Assembly (NCBI RefSeq): GCF_006345805.1
Contig: NC_043005.1
Span: 83,762,001-83,826,000 of the forward strand
Reading direction: 5' to 3'
DNA length: 64,000 bases
DNA from: Octopus sinensis
Lineage: Eukaryota
The position numbers and the translations under genes are program-made. Below the pieces are notes generated by a model. It did no database searches, had not been told where the DNA came from, and saw nothing but the letters and a program-made list of their open reading frames with translations. How positions within the stretch are numbered: the stretch's first letter is position 1; each line of letters begins with the position of its first letter. This document shows, piece by piece, positions 51,966-64,000 of the stretch.

Positions 51966-53351
51966 CGTATATCTTCTGAATATCAGAGCAGTGTGAATGA
52001 ATGCATTTTCCTAAAAGAGATCTTAAATTACCATTCTATGTGTCCTGCTGAAAGAATAACATGTTCTTGAAATATTTTCTTAGCTTCAGAATGGTTTACT
52101 GACTCAGTTCAGTTCATTAACAAGGACTAACCCGACATGGCTTTTCCCACACACGCAGTCACCAGCCACTGTCCCCACTGGAAACACATTAAAATATAAT
52201 TCATTGTGTGTGTTCTTTAACCCTTTTGCGACCATATTTGCACCCCCTCCTGTTTCCTTCACTCCCCGCCCACTGAACCGATATGCATCACTGAACATGC
52301 CTACACCCATGTGTCCTATTCACTAAGTGCACCTCTGTCCTTATATGTAATCATGTTCTGTAACTTAGTGGCTCAGCAAAAGAGACTGACAGAGTAAGTA
52401 CCTGACTTTAAAAAATAAAGAATAAGCACTGGGTTCGATTTGTTCAGCTAAAATCCTTTAAGGCAGTGCTCCTGCATGGCCATAGTCTAATGACTGAAAC
52501 AAGTAAAACACGAAGAGAAAAGATGTTCTCTTTTCTCAAACTTAAAAACTGTCACACTGTTTCTGTTTCTCTTTCCCTCTTCTCTCTTTCATATTCACCT
52601 TGTACCCTGAGGGCATGCTCTCCCTATCTCTTTCCAGCTTGGGTAGCCATGTATCTCTTCAGCTAGACACCTGCTCCTTTCCTTCAATCATACTTCAATG
52701 TCTCGTCACCCGGCACAGAACCATCTCCCTCAATACTATATCCTCCCACACTCCAACCAAAGGGGTCTTTGTCTTTCAAGTTACTGGGTGACCCTCACTG
52801 GTGCTGGTGCCACATAAAAATGCACCCAGTACACACTGTAAAGTGGTTGGTGTTAGGAAGGGCGTCCAGCCATAGAAACATTGCCAAAGCAGACATTGAA
52901 ACTTCGTCTCAGTTCTCAATTCATGTCACACCATCCACATGTGGTTTTATTGAAACTCCTGCACCCACTAGCATAGCTAGAGTGTGTGCTGCCCCTTCTG
53001 TTTGCTACCTCCCGAAGCCCACAAAAACCACATATTGCCTACAGCAATATCCTACAAGATGAAAAGACTGCCCCCCCCCACTTAACTGCGCTAGTGCCTA
53101 CACCCCAACAGCAAACGACAACTGCAGCTACAGTGCTATCTGACCAATGCTATCTGACCAATGTACTTGCTCTTCCAGTGGGTCATTTGTCAAATGTGTA
53201 AGCTGGATTTTTGGACAGCCTTCACAGTAGTCGATGTGGTCAGCACTCATGAGGAATGAGGTGAACTCGTTTGTCAGAGCCAGCTCAACCCAAGTACAAG
53301 TAGTGGTACACCGTTCTGTCCATGAGAGAATTGAAAATAAACATTAAATAT

Positions 53352-53738
53352 TACTCTTTTACTTGTTTCAGTCATTTGATTGTGGCCATGCTGGAGCACC
53401 ACCTTTAGTCGAGCAAATCGATCACAGGACTTTGTAAGCCTAGTACTTATTCTATCAGTCTCTTTTGCTGAACTGCTAAGTTACGGGGACCTAAACACAC
53501 CAGTATCGGTTGTCAAGCGATGATGGGGGAACAAACACAGACACACAAACACACACACATATATATATATACATATATATGACAGGCTTCTTTCAGTTTC
53601 CGTCTACCAAATCCACTCACAAGGCTTTGGTCGGCCTGAGGCTATAGTAGAAGACACTTGCCCAAGGCGCCACACAGTGGGACTGAACCCAGAACCATGT
53701 GGTCGGTAAGCAAGCTACTTACCACACAGCCACTCCTA
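53352..53738 (-). mobile_element. SINE family A
   Basis: Reverse complement of family A. Confidence 0.85.
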
Positions 53739-54743
53739 TTGATGATAATTTTTGTAGAAATATGCTGCTTTTGTTTCACCTGGCTTGTAACTCATTCTGT
53801 CCATACTCACCCTTACAATGTACAACAGCCTTAGACAGGTCTTCTATCACCTTTTCTCAATAACCTCACTGCCATCACTAATATCTTACCTTTCTCTTTC
53901 AGTTATCATCATCATCATCATGTAATGCATGGGTTGAACAGTTCGACCGGGGTCTGGGAAGCCAGGAGGCTGCACCAGGCTCCAGTCTGATCTGGTAGAG
54001 TTTCTACAGTTGGATGCCCTGCCTAACGCCAACCACTCCGTGAGTGTAGTGGGTGCTTTTTATGTGCCACTGGCACAGGTGCCAAGGGAGGCTGGCAACG
54101 GCCACGATCGGCTGGTGCTTTTTATGTGACACCAGCATGGAAGCCAGTCAAGGCAGTGCTGGCGTCGGCCATGTACAAATGGTGCTTTTTACTTGCCACC
54201 AGCACAAGTGCCAGGGGAGGTTGGAAACGACCTGCTGTGCTTGAGGAGACCTATTGAGTCAAGTACATCACCATCAACAGTTTTGCAAATTACAAGGTGA
54301 TCTTCACTCGTGCTGGTGCTACAGTAAAATGCATCTCCAGCACATTCTGGTAAGCGGGTTGGCATTAAGAAGGTCATTGTCCAGCCGTAGAAACTATGCC
54401 AAAGCAGATAGTGGAGCATGATGCAGCTGTCTGACTCATCTAATGATTCTAGCCAAGTCAGCATGGAAGCTGGATGTTAAGTGATGTTGAAATTGATAAT
54501 GATGGTGGTGGTGGCGGCGGCGGCAGTGGTGGTGGTGGTGAGGTGGTGGTGGTGGTGGTGAGGTGGTGGTGGTGGTGGTGGTGGTGGTGGTGAGGATGTT
54601 GATGTTGATGATGATGATGATGGTGATGATGAACTTTATCATTATTAAATTGGTGTTTGGAACATGAATTAACATGAAATTTCAATGGAAGGTTTTAATT
54701 CAAATCACTTTAAGACAGGAAGTTTGTGTCAGAATCAAGCTCA

Positions 54744-54843
54744 NNNNNNNNNNNNNNNNNNNNNNNNNNNNNNNNNNNNNNNNNNNNNNNNNNNNNNNNN
54801 NNNNNNNNNNNNNNNNNNNNNNNNNNNNNNNNNNNNNNNNNNN
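54744..54843. other. Assembly gap (100 N)
   Basis: Run of N. Confidence 0.99.
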
Positions 54844-54849
54844 AATTTT

Positions 54850-56050
54850 AGACCTTTTGACAAAACATTAATTTCTTCTATGTTTTTTTTTCGATAGTTT
54901 ACTTATCTTTGGTTTGTACCATTTGGTGTCGAGAACTCTGTCGGTTAGATCTCAAAAATAATTTTTCAAAGTTTTCCTTTTATTACTATTTCTATTTATA
55001 CATCAAAGGACATTTCCTCTGTTAGCTTGTGGTCTTTCTTATCGATTTTGTACATTTGTTTTCTGAACTGTGTTTGTTTCTTTCTGCAATTGTCTTTTAA
55101 GTTTATATTTTTTATCCGTTGTGTAAATCTTTGGTTTTGGAGAAAGTTTTGTCCAGTCGCAGAGAAAACTTCGATTGTTTTGATTGGATTATTTTGTTGT
55201 TGAAATAGTCTTGACTTGTCCTTATGGAGTTGGTGACTATAATTTCCATATTTAGAGGTTTTATTAATCAGTTGCGAATGGGGTTTGTGGATTTTAACTT
55301 TCTTTAGGAATAGGTTCTCGGTAGAGTACTCGTTTTTAAAATGAGATTCATAATTGGAGAACCAAAGAGCACTTCTCTCTTACCGTTGAAGAGATGTTAA
55401 TTCCTCGTGTTAACATTTTTCTTTCCAAAGTTTATTGTTTTCGCGGCCTTCGGATGTTTTTGAAATTTCTGTTTGCATTTGTGTATCAATCGTTTTAAAT
55501 TTTACTTCGTTGGAATTTGCTCTTGGCCATAATGGCTGGGTTTCCATTCAGAATTTGTCGAGAACATTCTATTCTCTGAGTTTCTGTTGTTGTTCGGGTT
55601 CATCAGCGATAGGTTTTATTTGTAGTTTCATTGGGAGGATGATCGGTTTTGAATTGAGCCATTTTTCATATATTTCCGCTTTGCCATTATTTTTAAATGA
55701 AGTTCCAAAGGCAAATTTACGGGCTGTGAAGTTTTGGTTCCATATATGTTTAATAGTGTTTTCGATTGCAGAGGTTTCTCGTTTCCGCTTCATGTTATCT
55801 TCTAGTTCAGCTTTCGGATTTTGTTCCGGCATCTGGAGCATCATTGTTTCTATAGTTTGAGGGTTTGGACAACTGCTGTTTCTTCCGTTTTTCTTCCTTC
55901 TTCAAGCGTTTTCTTGGTGTAGGTCTGTATCTCGTCGATTTTGTTGGATTAGACTGTGAGCTTGGAGATCTCTTTCAGTTTTTTAGTATCTCTAGGTTCA
56001 ACGTGTTTCCGCTTTGGTCGGATTTTTGTGATATTTTCGTTCCTTGTGAG
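54850..56050 (-). mobile_element. Probable Tx1/L1-like ORF1 remnant
   Basis: K/E-rich decayed frame; NFTARKFAFGTSF resembles the ORF1 at 58.9 kb. Confidence 0.5.
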
Positions 56051-56055
56051 GTGAG

Positions 56056-56821
56056 TATATATAGAAAACAATGATATTTTATTCCACACGGGTAGAAATA
56101 TAGAAAAAAATAGAAGCTGAAAATGCATTGAGAATAGTTAAAATATTTTATATCAAAATACTTAAAGCTTTAACCGGTTTCACATTTTACACTGAGTTTC
56201 AAAAAGTTCAAATAGAAAGACGTGGCTTATGTTGCAGCTGTTTTACTTCTGACTGGTGTTTGGAGTTTGCCCTGTTTTCATAGGAAGTTCATGGTTCCCT
56301 ATAAAAACAGGGCAAACTTCAAACACCAGTCAGAAACGAGCTGGCACTTCTTCCTTTCTTGGGAATTTGAGAGAAGTCACATGACCCATGGTGTGTTAGG
56401 TCACGTGGTATGTGCAGTTCTTGGGCCCACTGGATCCTGTTAAACCACTGAATATATGTATGGGACATGGACATTAAATGATTATGATGATGATGAGGAG
56501 GAGGACGAGGAGGAGGAAATCGGGAATGAAGAGGAATGAACAGTATTGCCTGTTTGAATGAACAGTAAATGTTGTTGGTGGACAATAATTCCAATGAGAA
56601 TCGAAGGAATTCTTCAAAACTTCACTATTTTGAAAATAACGTGTACAGTATTGGTAGCAGATGTGATTTATTGTTTTTCTTTTTACAGTTAAAAATAATC
56701 CATTTGAGTAACTCGATATAAAAGGAATAACATCAATGCCATTTCAACCGTAACAAACCAGGTGATAAACACCCAGTGATAACGTACGTCAATGACATGC
56801 ATAATAGCTTTTATATATATA

Positions 56822-56866
<45 letters not shown>

Positions 56867-56878
56867 GTGTGTGTGTGT

Positions 56879-56909
<31 letters not shown>

Positions 56910-58050
56910 TGTGGTGTGTGTGTGTGTGTGTGTGTGGTGTGTGTGCGTGTGTGTGTGTGTGTGTGCATGTGCACATATGCATACGTGCATATGAATATAT
57001 TTGTTTGTGCATTTAGGTGAGTGTGCACAATGTAAAGGAAATTATGATTTTCAATTACGACTTCAAGAAACCAACCAGCCACCTGTTCACTGATTAATGT
57101 GGTGGCCACACAAAGCAAGGTTGACTACATTCTCACCACAAAGCAGGGAAGCTGGTTGCTTAGAAATACAAAGCCCTTCCCAGGTGAAGAGTGCTAACCT
57201 CAACATATGTTAGTTAATAGTGACTTCAGAGTTCAGGCTAGAAAGACACCAAGAAGCAAACCAGTTTGGAAAAGAAAGATTTGGAAGCCTAAGGATCCTC
57301 TGAATAGTCAGAGATTTAGAGAGATTCTAAATGAAGCATTTGGCAAGGAGGAGGAGAAGATAGTAATATATGAATAACATAGAGGACAAGTGGAGGTTCT
57401 GACGAGACTACGCAATGGGGACCACTAACCAAATTTGTGGCTGGTGCAAAGTCCTCTCCACACCTAAGGTGACATGGTGGTGGAACAGGGAAGTAGACAG
57501 GGCTATTAGAGAATATAACGGGTCTGAAAGGGCTGGAAGAGTGGTAATAGCACAGAACTATACCAGGAAGCCAGGAGGAAAGATAGAAGACAGGTATATT
57601 TAGACAGGGCAGAAGCAAAAAGGTAGAACTTTGCCAATGTTCTGCAGCATAAAGACCAGAGGCTTGTGGTGTTTCAGATTGCAAGAGAGTATGGCAGAGA
57701 AAAATCATGATGTTGTAGGAGTGAAATGTGTTTGCATGGACGATGGTTCACTTGCAGTTAGAGATTCTGCAAAGAAAGGGGCTTGGAAGTGCCACTATGA
57801 AGGGGTGATAAATGCTGTTTTTATAGGGAGTTCATGGCTCCCTATAAAGCAGGGCAAACTTCAAACACTAGTCAGAAACAAACCATGTCTTTCTATTTGA
57901 ACTTTTTGAAAATCAGTGTAAATTATAAAACCGGTTAAAGCTTCAAATATTTTGATATAAGATATTTTAACTATTCTCAATGCATTTTCAGCTTCTATTT
58001 TGTTTCTATATTTCTACACGTGTGGAATAAAATATCTTTGGTTTTTATAT
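56056..58050. mobile_element. Non-autonomous element with about 170-bp inverted arms and an internal palindrome
   Basis: 56056-56225 is an inverted copy of 57881-58050; 38-bp hairpin at 56247-56335. Confidence 0.7.
57110..57800 (+). mobile_element. RTE LINE remnant
   Basis: VDYIL, TWWWNREVDRAIRE and AWKCHYE fragments. Confidence 0.7.
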
Positions 58051-58061
58051 CTATATCTATC

Positions 58062-58163
<102 letters not shown>

Positions 58164-58169
58164 TATATT

Positions 58170-60190
58170 CTTGATTTCAAAACCGTAATCTGAATAAGAT
58201 TCAGTGATATTGCGTATTTGGTGGGGTCCCTCGTATTTATCACTCCATTTCCCCCCTTTTTCATCTTTCATTTTTATTTCCTTTTTTTACCCACCCCGTT
58301 CCCTTATTTTTCTGTGTCTTTGTCTCGTCCCCTCTGTATCTTTGTCCATAATGTTCAATAAACAAAAGAGTTTGAAACCGCCAACTCGAAGTTGTCGGAG
58401 GTCTTTTTCTTCTGTTGCGAAGATATTTTGTTGATATTTTGTTCATTTCTATTGTTGAACTCTTTTGTGTTTCTTGTTATTGTTGTAAATCTTTTATCTG
58501 CGTCGAAGCAGATTTGTTACGTTTCCACCCCCTTCATTGGATGGGGGGAATTTTAAATAATAATGACAACTAGTTTTGAAAACTTGACCTCTTCGAAGGA
58601 GGAAGATTCATTAGCTGACGCCTTATTGGAAAAAGTATTCAATTCTGGAAAAATGTTTTGAACACGCAACCAAAAATGTCACAAAACTCAATCAAAAATT
58701 TCTACTTCGCCACGGCAGCTAGTATAACTAAAGAAGACTGTAGGAATGAACTGAATAAATATAAGGGCCTATTCCAGAAGGAATGGCACAATGTGAAAGT
58801 TACTCGGCCAGAAGATGTGACCCACAGAGGAGAACTGTGTTTTTTAAAACGCATATCGTAAAAAGTTTTTAAAATCAATATGGCCTCGAAGGAGGCAATA
58901 GAAAAGTGCCTGCAGCCTATATGGAAGGACATCACATACATCACCAGGGGGAAAAAGTTCGCCTCTGTAGAAGTAAGATTCGCCATGGAAGAAAAAGCCG
59001 AGCAGCATTCCACCTCCCCGCTCAGGTCGTGAAGGTAAAAGAAATACCACCAGATGTGGATGTTGCTTAGCGGCATTGACATTGGACTTGGAGGACAAAA
59101 TATCGATCCTCCGGGTCACGAATTCCACCGACAAAATTGGTAGTGATAGGGATTAGAAATGTTAAGCCAAGAAGCCCTTGCCGATTTGGATGAGATCCCC
59201 GATACTATAGTAATCACTATAGTAATAGGCGGCGAGCTGGCAGAAACGTTAGCACGCCGGGTGAAATGCGTAGCCGTATTTCGTCTGTTGTTACGTTCCG
59301 AGTTCAAATTCCGCCGAGGTCGACTTTGCCTTTCATCCTTTCGGGGTCGATAAATTAAGTACCAGTTACGCACTGGGGTCGATGCAATCGACTTAATCCG
59401 TTTGTCTGTCCTTGTTTGTCCCCTCTGTGTGTAGCCCCTTGTGGGTAGTAAAGAAATAGATACTATAGTAATCGGGGATGAAACTAATTTAAGGGTAATG
59501 GTGGAGGGGCGAAAGCCCAGGTCCTATAAGTGTGGCTAAAAGGGCCACATAAGATCTGAATACCCTCCACCATCGGTGCCTACACCGACCACCAAACCAA
59601 CAGCATCGTAAAAAACACTGAAAATACTGGAAAACCAGATGAAAAAGCACCTGAAACCCAGCCACCAGCCCCAAAGGTTCCAACGAAACCAATTACAAGA
59701 ACGGCAACAGAGAATGAAATACAATAACTACCCAAAGAAGACAATAAATGGTCTACTGTCACCAAAAAAAAAAGGCAGAAAAAGGTAAGACAACTTTATG
59801 CTCTTGTTCAACGTAGGTTGCATAAATGTACGCAGGCTGGGAACGAATGGAAAGCAAAACTTCCTCCTTGATGACCTCAGGTTGCTTAGATTATATTTAG
59901 TAGTTACTACTGAAATCAGACTGAGCGAACTGCAGGCTTTTTCACCACCACTCCCCTAAATGGCCACGAGGAGTTTATTTCTCCAAGACAACCTGGAGTG
60001 GGAGGAGGAGCTGCAGTTCTGCTCAGGAAAAATCTGGAATTAGCCGTAAGAACTGTCCTTGTAGACCCAGAGGGCAGGTTGGTGGTCTTTCACGTGAAGC
60101 ACAGCAGCGGTAAGTCCTTCAGATTGGCAGCTGTCTATGCTCCTTGCGGAGCAGGGCGCTCTGATTATTTCAGAAGCCTAGAGAACTTTC
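58170..60190 (+). mobile_element. Tx1/L1-like LINE 5' part (ORF1 and endonuclease start), degraded
   Basis: ORF1-like ITRGKKFASVEVRF; APE-like GCINVRRL, VGGGAAVLLRK, DPEGRLVV and AVYAP. Confidence 0.8.
59227..59458 (+). mobile_element. tRNA-derived SINE family B with 15-bp TSD, inserted in the Tx1-like ORF1
   Basis: GGCGAGCTGGCAGAA head, GAGTTCAAATTCC B-box, AAAGAAATA tail; GATACTATAGTAATC at 59201-59215 and 59459-59473. Confidence 0.9.
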
Positions 60191-60660
60191 TGTGTTGTAT
60201 CAGGAAAATGTAAATTTGGTGCAGTGACAACGTCTTGAGATCTTCTCAGTATGCTTGCTTACCACGTTTTCGTTACTTAACAGAATGTACAAGGCTCCCT
60301 CAAAGCACAAGTCACATATGCTGGCTAACATATTATTAAGGTGTGCATCTTTTATTATTGACCATTCTGTATCATATTTTATTTTTCCTTCTTTTAATTT
60401 CCATATTATGTCTGCTAGTGATGTTGCGTGTTTCTGGCTTACGTTTTGGAAAGAGGAGACATGGTGGCGATAACGGACCTTGAATTAGTTTTCGGAGACA
60501 ATATTTACATATCGCCTGAGGAAACACAACTAGATCACATGATGATGGAAACCGTTGCACAATTAAGTACCTGTACGCCTGGACAATTACGTTGCGTAGA
60601 AACAAATGTAGTGATTGAAAATATACATCCAACCGTACTCTTTCTTGTTGACCCCAAATT
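60190..60660 (-). mobile_element. Penelope-like GIY-YIG remnant
   Basis: FKVRYRHHVSSF..ATSLADIIWKLKE..EWSIIK..CDLCFEGALYIL. Confidence 0.75.
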
Positions 60661-60749
60661 ATTTCAATTATATATATACACACACACATACACACACATG
60701 CACACATAAATGATATATATATATATATATATATACATGCACACATAGA

Positions 60750-60801
<52 letters not shown>

Positions 60802-61621
60802 TCTTAGGGGGCAAGAATATTTATCGAAAAAATTCTTAGTTACCGGTGGTCTAGAGAGAAGGAAAAAATTTGTCAATAGACTACATATTATTCAGAGAGA
60901 AAATTACAGTGTACATTCAAACACAAAAGAGATACCAAAAGAATAGGATATTTGACTCACTAGAAAGAGCAATTAAACTCCAAGCCACTAATTGTTGTAA
61001 TTCCGAAAGTGATTGAAAAATAAAAACTTTTACCTTATTATCCTAGACCCTGCAAGGTTTCTGCAGACTTAAATACAGACTGAAATAAAATAACCTCAGC
61101 CTATATCCGGCGCTGCTTCTTCAGTAGGTTGCCAGCACTGAACACATAGACACGGAGCGATAAATAACCCGCCACGTGTCTATAGGTTCTAATTTTTCGA
61201 ATCCATCGCGCAGATGCGGAACTCAACCGGCACTAAAGAGATAAATTGCCGATTTTCTTCCAGGATTAGCCAAAAAACATATGTATATATATACAGATAT
61301 ACACACAGATACCCACACATGCATACACATACGTATATACGCATATATATGATGGGCTTCTTTCAGTTTCCATCTACCAAATCCACTCACGAAGCTTTGG
61401 TCGGCCATGTGGCCCGAGTAGAAAGCACTTGCCCAAGGTGCTGCCAATTGGGACTGAACCTAAGACGAAATTGTTGAGAAGCAAGCTTCTTATCCAGATA
61501 ACCAAACTTGTGTCTAAATTATAACATTTAAATACAAAGAAACAGAAAAAGAAAAAGAAAGTAAAAAGTGGGGGTGGGTGTAACGCTACAGAAGAGGTAA
61601 TTTTAATTTAAATGAAAAATC

Positions 61622-62027
61622 GGCTGTGTGGTAAGTAGCTTGCTTACCAACCACATGGTTCCGGGTTCAGTCCCACTGCGTAGCAGTCTTGGGCAAGTGT
61701 CTTCTGCATAGCCTGGCTGACCAATGCCTTGTGAGTGGATTGTTAGACGGAACCTGAAAGAAGCTGTCGTATATATGTATATATATATGTATGTATTGTG
61801 TGTGTGTTGTGTGTTTGTGTGTCTGTGTTTGTCCCCCTAGCATTGCTTGACAACCGATGCTGGTGTGTTTATGTCCCCGTCACTTAGCGGTTCGCAAAAA
61901 GACCGATAGAATAAGTATGGGCTTACAAAGAATAAGTCCCGGGTCGAGTTGCTTGATTAAAGGCGGTGCTCCAGCATGGCCACAGTCAAATGACTGAAAC
62001 AAGTAAAATAGTAAAAGAGTAAAGAGT
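61622..62027 (+). mobile_element. tRNA-derived SINE family A (full length)
   Basis: GGCTGTGTGGTAAG A-box, GGTTCAGTCCC B-box, central microsatellite, (GTAAAAGA)n tail. Confidence 0.85.
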
Positions 62028-62053
62028 AAACCTATTTGTGTATATTTTCCTAG

Positions 62054-62276
62054 GTGTTCTATTCCTGGTTACGACAACGACACGTATAAAATCCAAAGTG
62101 AAATCCATGAAGAACTGATCAACGAATATATTCCAAAGAGTGAGGATGAAGGGGAGGTGGTTTATGATAAATGTTTGATATATTCCAATACCACAGAAAA
62201 TGGAAATCGAACGACACAGAAGTGCAGCTCTTGGGTGTATGATAAAACCAACACGCACAACTCAATCACCACTCAG
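62054..62276 (+). CDS. SLC22-like: SLC22/Orct-like gene B, extracellular-loop exon (paralog of 2170-2392): RCSIPGYDNDTY...KTNTHNSITTQ
   Basis: Same 223-bp length and same splice sites; 12 nt differences from gene A by my manual count. The gene continues beyond the window. Confidence 0.93.
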
Positions 62277-62408
62277 GTAAGGTTCTTTTGAAAGTCACAC
62301 GCCACATGTAAGCTAATCTATCTATCATTCTATCTGCCCAGCAAACTGTCTTGCTCTCCACCTATCAATCCCTCTACCTATCTATCTATCTATCTATCTA
62401 TCTATCTC

Positions 62409-62452
<44 letters not shown>

Positions 62453-62485
62453 CTATCTATCTATCTTCTATCTATCTATCTATTA

Positions 62486-62517
<32 letters not shown>

Positions 62518-62963
62518 CATCCATACACGACAGTGTATCTAATATATATATATATTTATATATATATATATATATATTATATATGTGTGTGTGTGTGTGT
62601 GTGGGTGTGTGTGTGTGTGTGTGTATGTGTGTATGTGTGTATGTGTGTGTGTGTAAATATATAGTATATATACATACACACACACACATACACACGCATA
62701 TATGTATATATTTATTTATTTATTTATTTATAATAGGAGAAGGGATACAATATACAGGCAGATACCGAATTTCTATATTTAAAATGCCAAGGCTGGTTCC
62801 TTGAGATGGTGCGTTTTATGGTAAACTTCCTTTAGCATCCGAAGTTGCAGTTTATTTGTTGGCTATATAGAGTGTAAAGTACAATATTGATAATAAGGAG
62901 AATGAAGAATTTGAACATTCAAACTTTATGTTTAATTCTAGTTAGTTTATTCATAATAACTAT

Positions 62964-63050
62964 CCGACACGTGTTTCGATCGTATTAATTGCATATTGTT
63001 GTATATTTATATGCAGCGATTTATGCATTATTAGTACAATCTCTTCAGGG
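62964..63050 (-). ncRNA. Type I hammerhead ribozyme motif (gene B intron), identical to 3217-3303
   Basis: 87 nt identical to the gene A copy. Confidence 0.75.
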
Positions 63051-63431
63051 TATATAAGTATGACATTGTTTGAAAAGGAGTTTTCCTCCGTTATTAATTT
63101 GAATTAAACTTGGTAGTAGTAGTAATGTATGACCTTTCATCCATGAGCTGTTTTACTCAACAGACTCTTTGTGTAAAATTCAGCAACAATAGCAGCAGCA
63201 GTGTTTGTTGAAGTTGGAAAATTTCCTTGGTCAGTTGGGAAGCGATTATTTATAGAATACTTTCGTTTGAAGGATTCTCCATACTTTATAGTCACACAGC
63301 TTTTTGATGAATTTCAGATTTGATTATAATATTTGAACGTTTGTGAAGTTTATTAATAATAGGAGTGGATAATTACTAGGCAACCAGAACCACGTGGTTA
63401 TTAAAAGAAGTACTCAGTTGCATTTTTAATT

Positions 63432-63463
63432 TTTCTAATTTATTATTATTATTATTATTATTA

Positions 63464-63496
<33 letters not shown>

Positions 63497-63546
63497 CATT
63501 ATTATTATTATTATTATATTATATTATTATTATTATAATTATATTA

Positions 63547-63645
<99 letters not shown>

Positions 63646-63652
63646 TATTATA

Positions 63653-63684
<32 letters not shown>

Positions 63685-63727
63685 CATTATTATATATTAT
63701 TATTATATTATTATTATTATTATCATA

Positions 63728-63761
<34 letters not shown>

Positions 63762-63799
63762 TTATTATATTATTATTATATTATTATTATCATATTATT

Positions 63800-63835
<36 letters not shown>

Positions 63836-63930
63836 TATTATTATTAATTATTATTATTATCATTATATTATATTATTATTATTATTATTATTATTATAAT
63901 TATTATTATCATTTTATTATATATTATTAT
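63432..63930. repeat. (ATT)n microsatellite, about 500 bp; others at 3784-3978, 9038-9218 and 22785-22845
   Basis: Directly visible. Confidence 0.95.
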
Positions 63931-64000
63931 CTTTCATGGTGTCCACGGGGGCAATGGAATTGGTCCCCCAAAACGAAGAGGTTATAAGGCTACTGCAGTT

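Noticed and set aside
60428-60709. 93-aa protein-like + strand ORF (MFLAYVLERGD...)
   Set aside because: It is the antisense of a Penelope GIY-YIG remnant.
61085-61125. CTGAAGA core with a short stem on the minus strand (a similar core at about 22045)
   Set aside because: No correctly placed GAAA or stem III, so not a hammerhead.

Overview
Eukaryotic, AT-rich, microsatellite-saturated genomic DNA. The SINE and transposon families look like an Octopus (cephalopod) genome; this is recognition from memory, not a database search. The backbone is a tandem array of SLC22/Orct-like (organic cation transporter, MFS) genes on the + strand. Gene A has seven spliceable coding exons from 2170 to 27267 (223, 104, 155, 170, 213, 227, 182 bp). 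Its fourth visible exon carries an apparent frameshift and premature stop, and I could not find its first or last exon(s). Gene B begins about 59.9 kb downstream with a 94.6%-identical copy of the 223-bp exon (62054-62276). The introns and intergenic space are packed with transposons: a decayed RepHel Helitron with both termini and a non-autonomous Helitron, mariner/Tc1 elements, many Penelope-like elements, R4/Dong-like, RTE and Tx1/L1-like LINE remnants, a Gypsy integrase remnant and a solo LTR, MITEs and at least four SINE-type families. The most notable hidden signal is a set of type I hammerhead ribozyme motifs associated with Penelope-like elements. One is fully intact on the + strand (37412-37504) and an 87-nt one is identical in both SLC22 copies. 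Most ORFs in the supplied track are microsatellite artefacts. There is a 100-N gap at 54744-54843, and the irregular microsatellites suggest long-read indel errors, so single frameshifts need verification.
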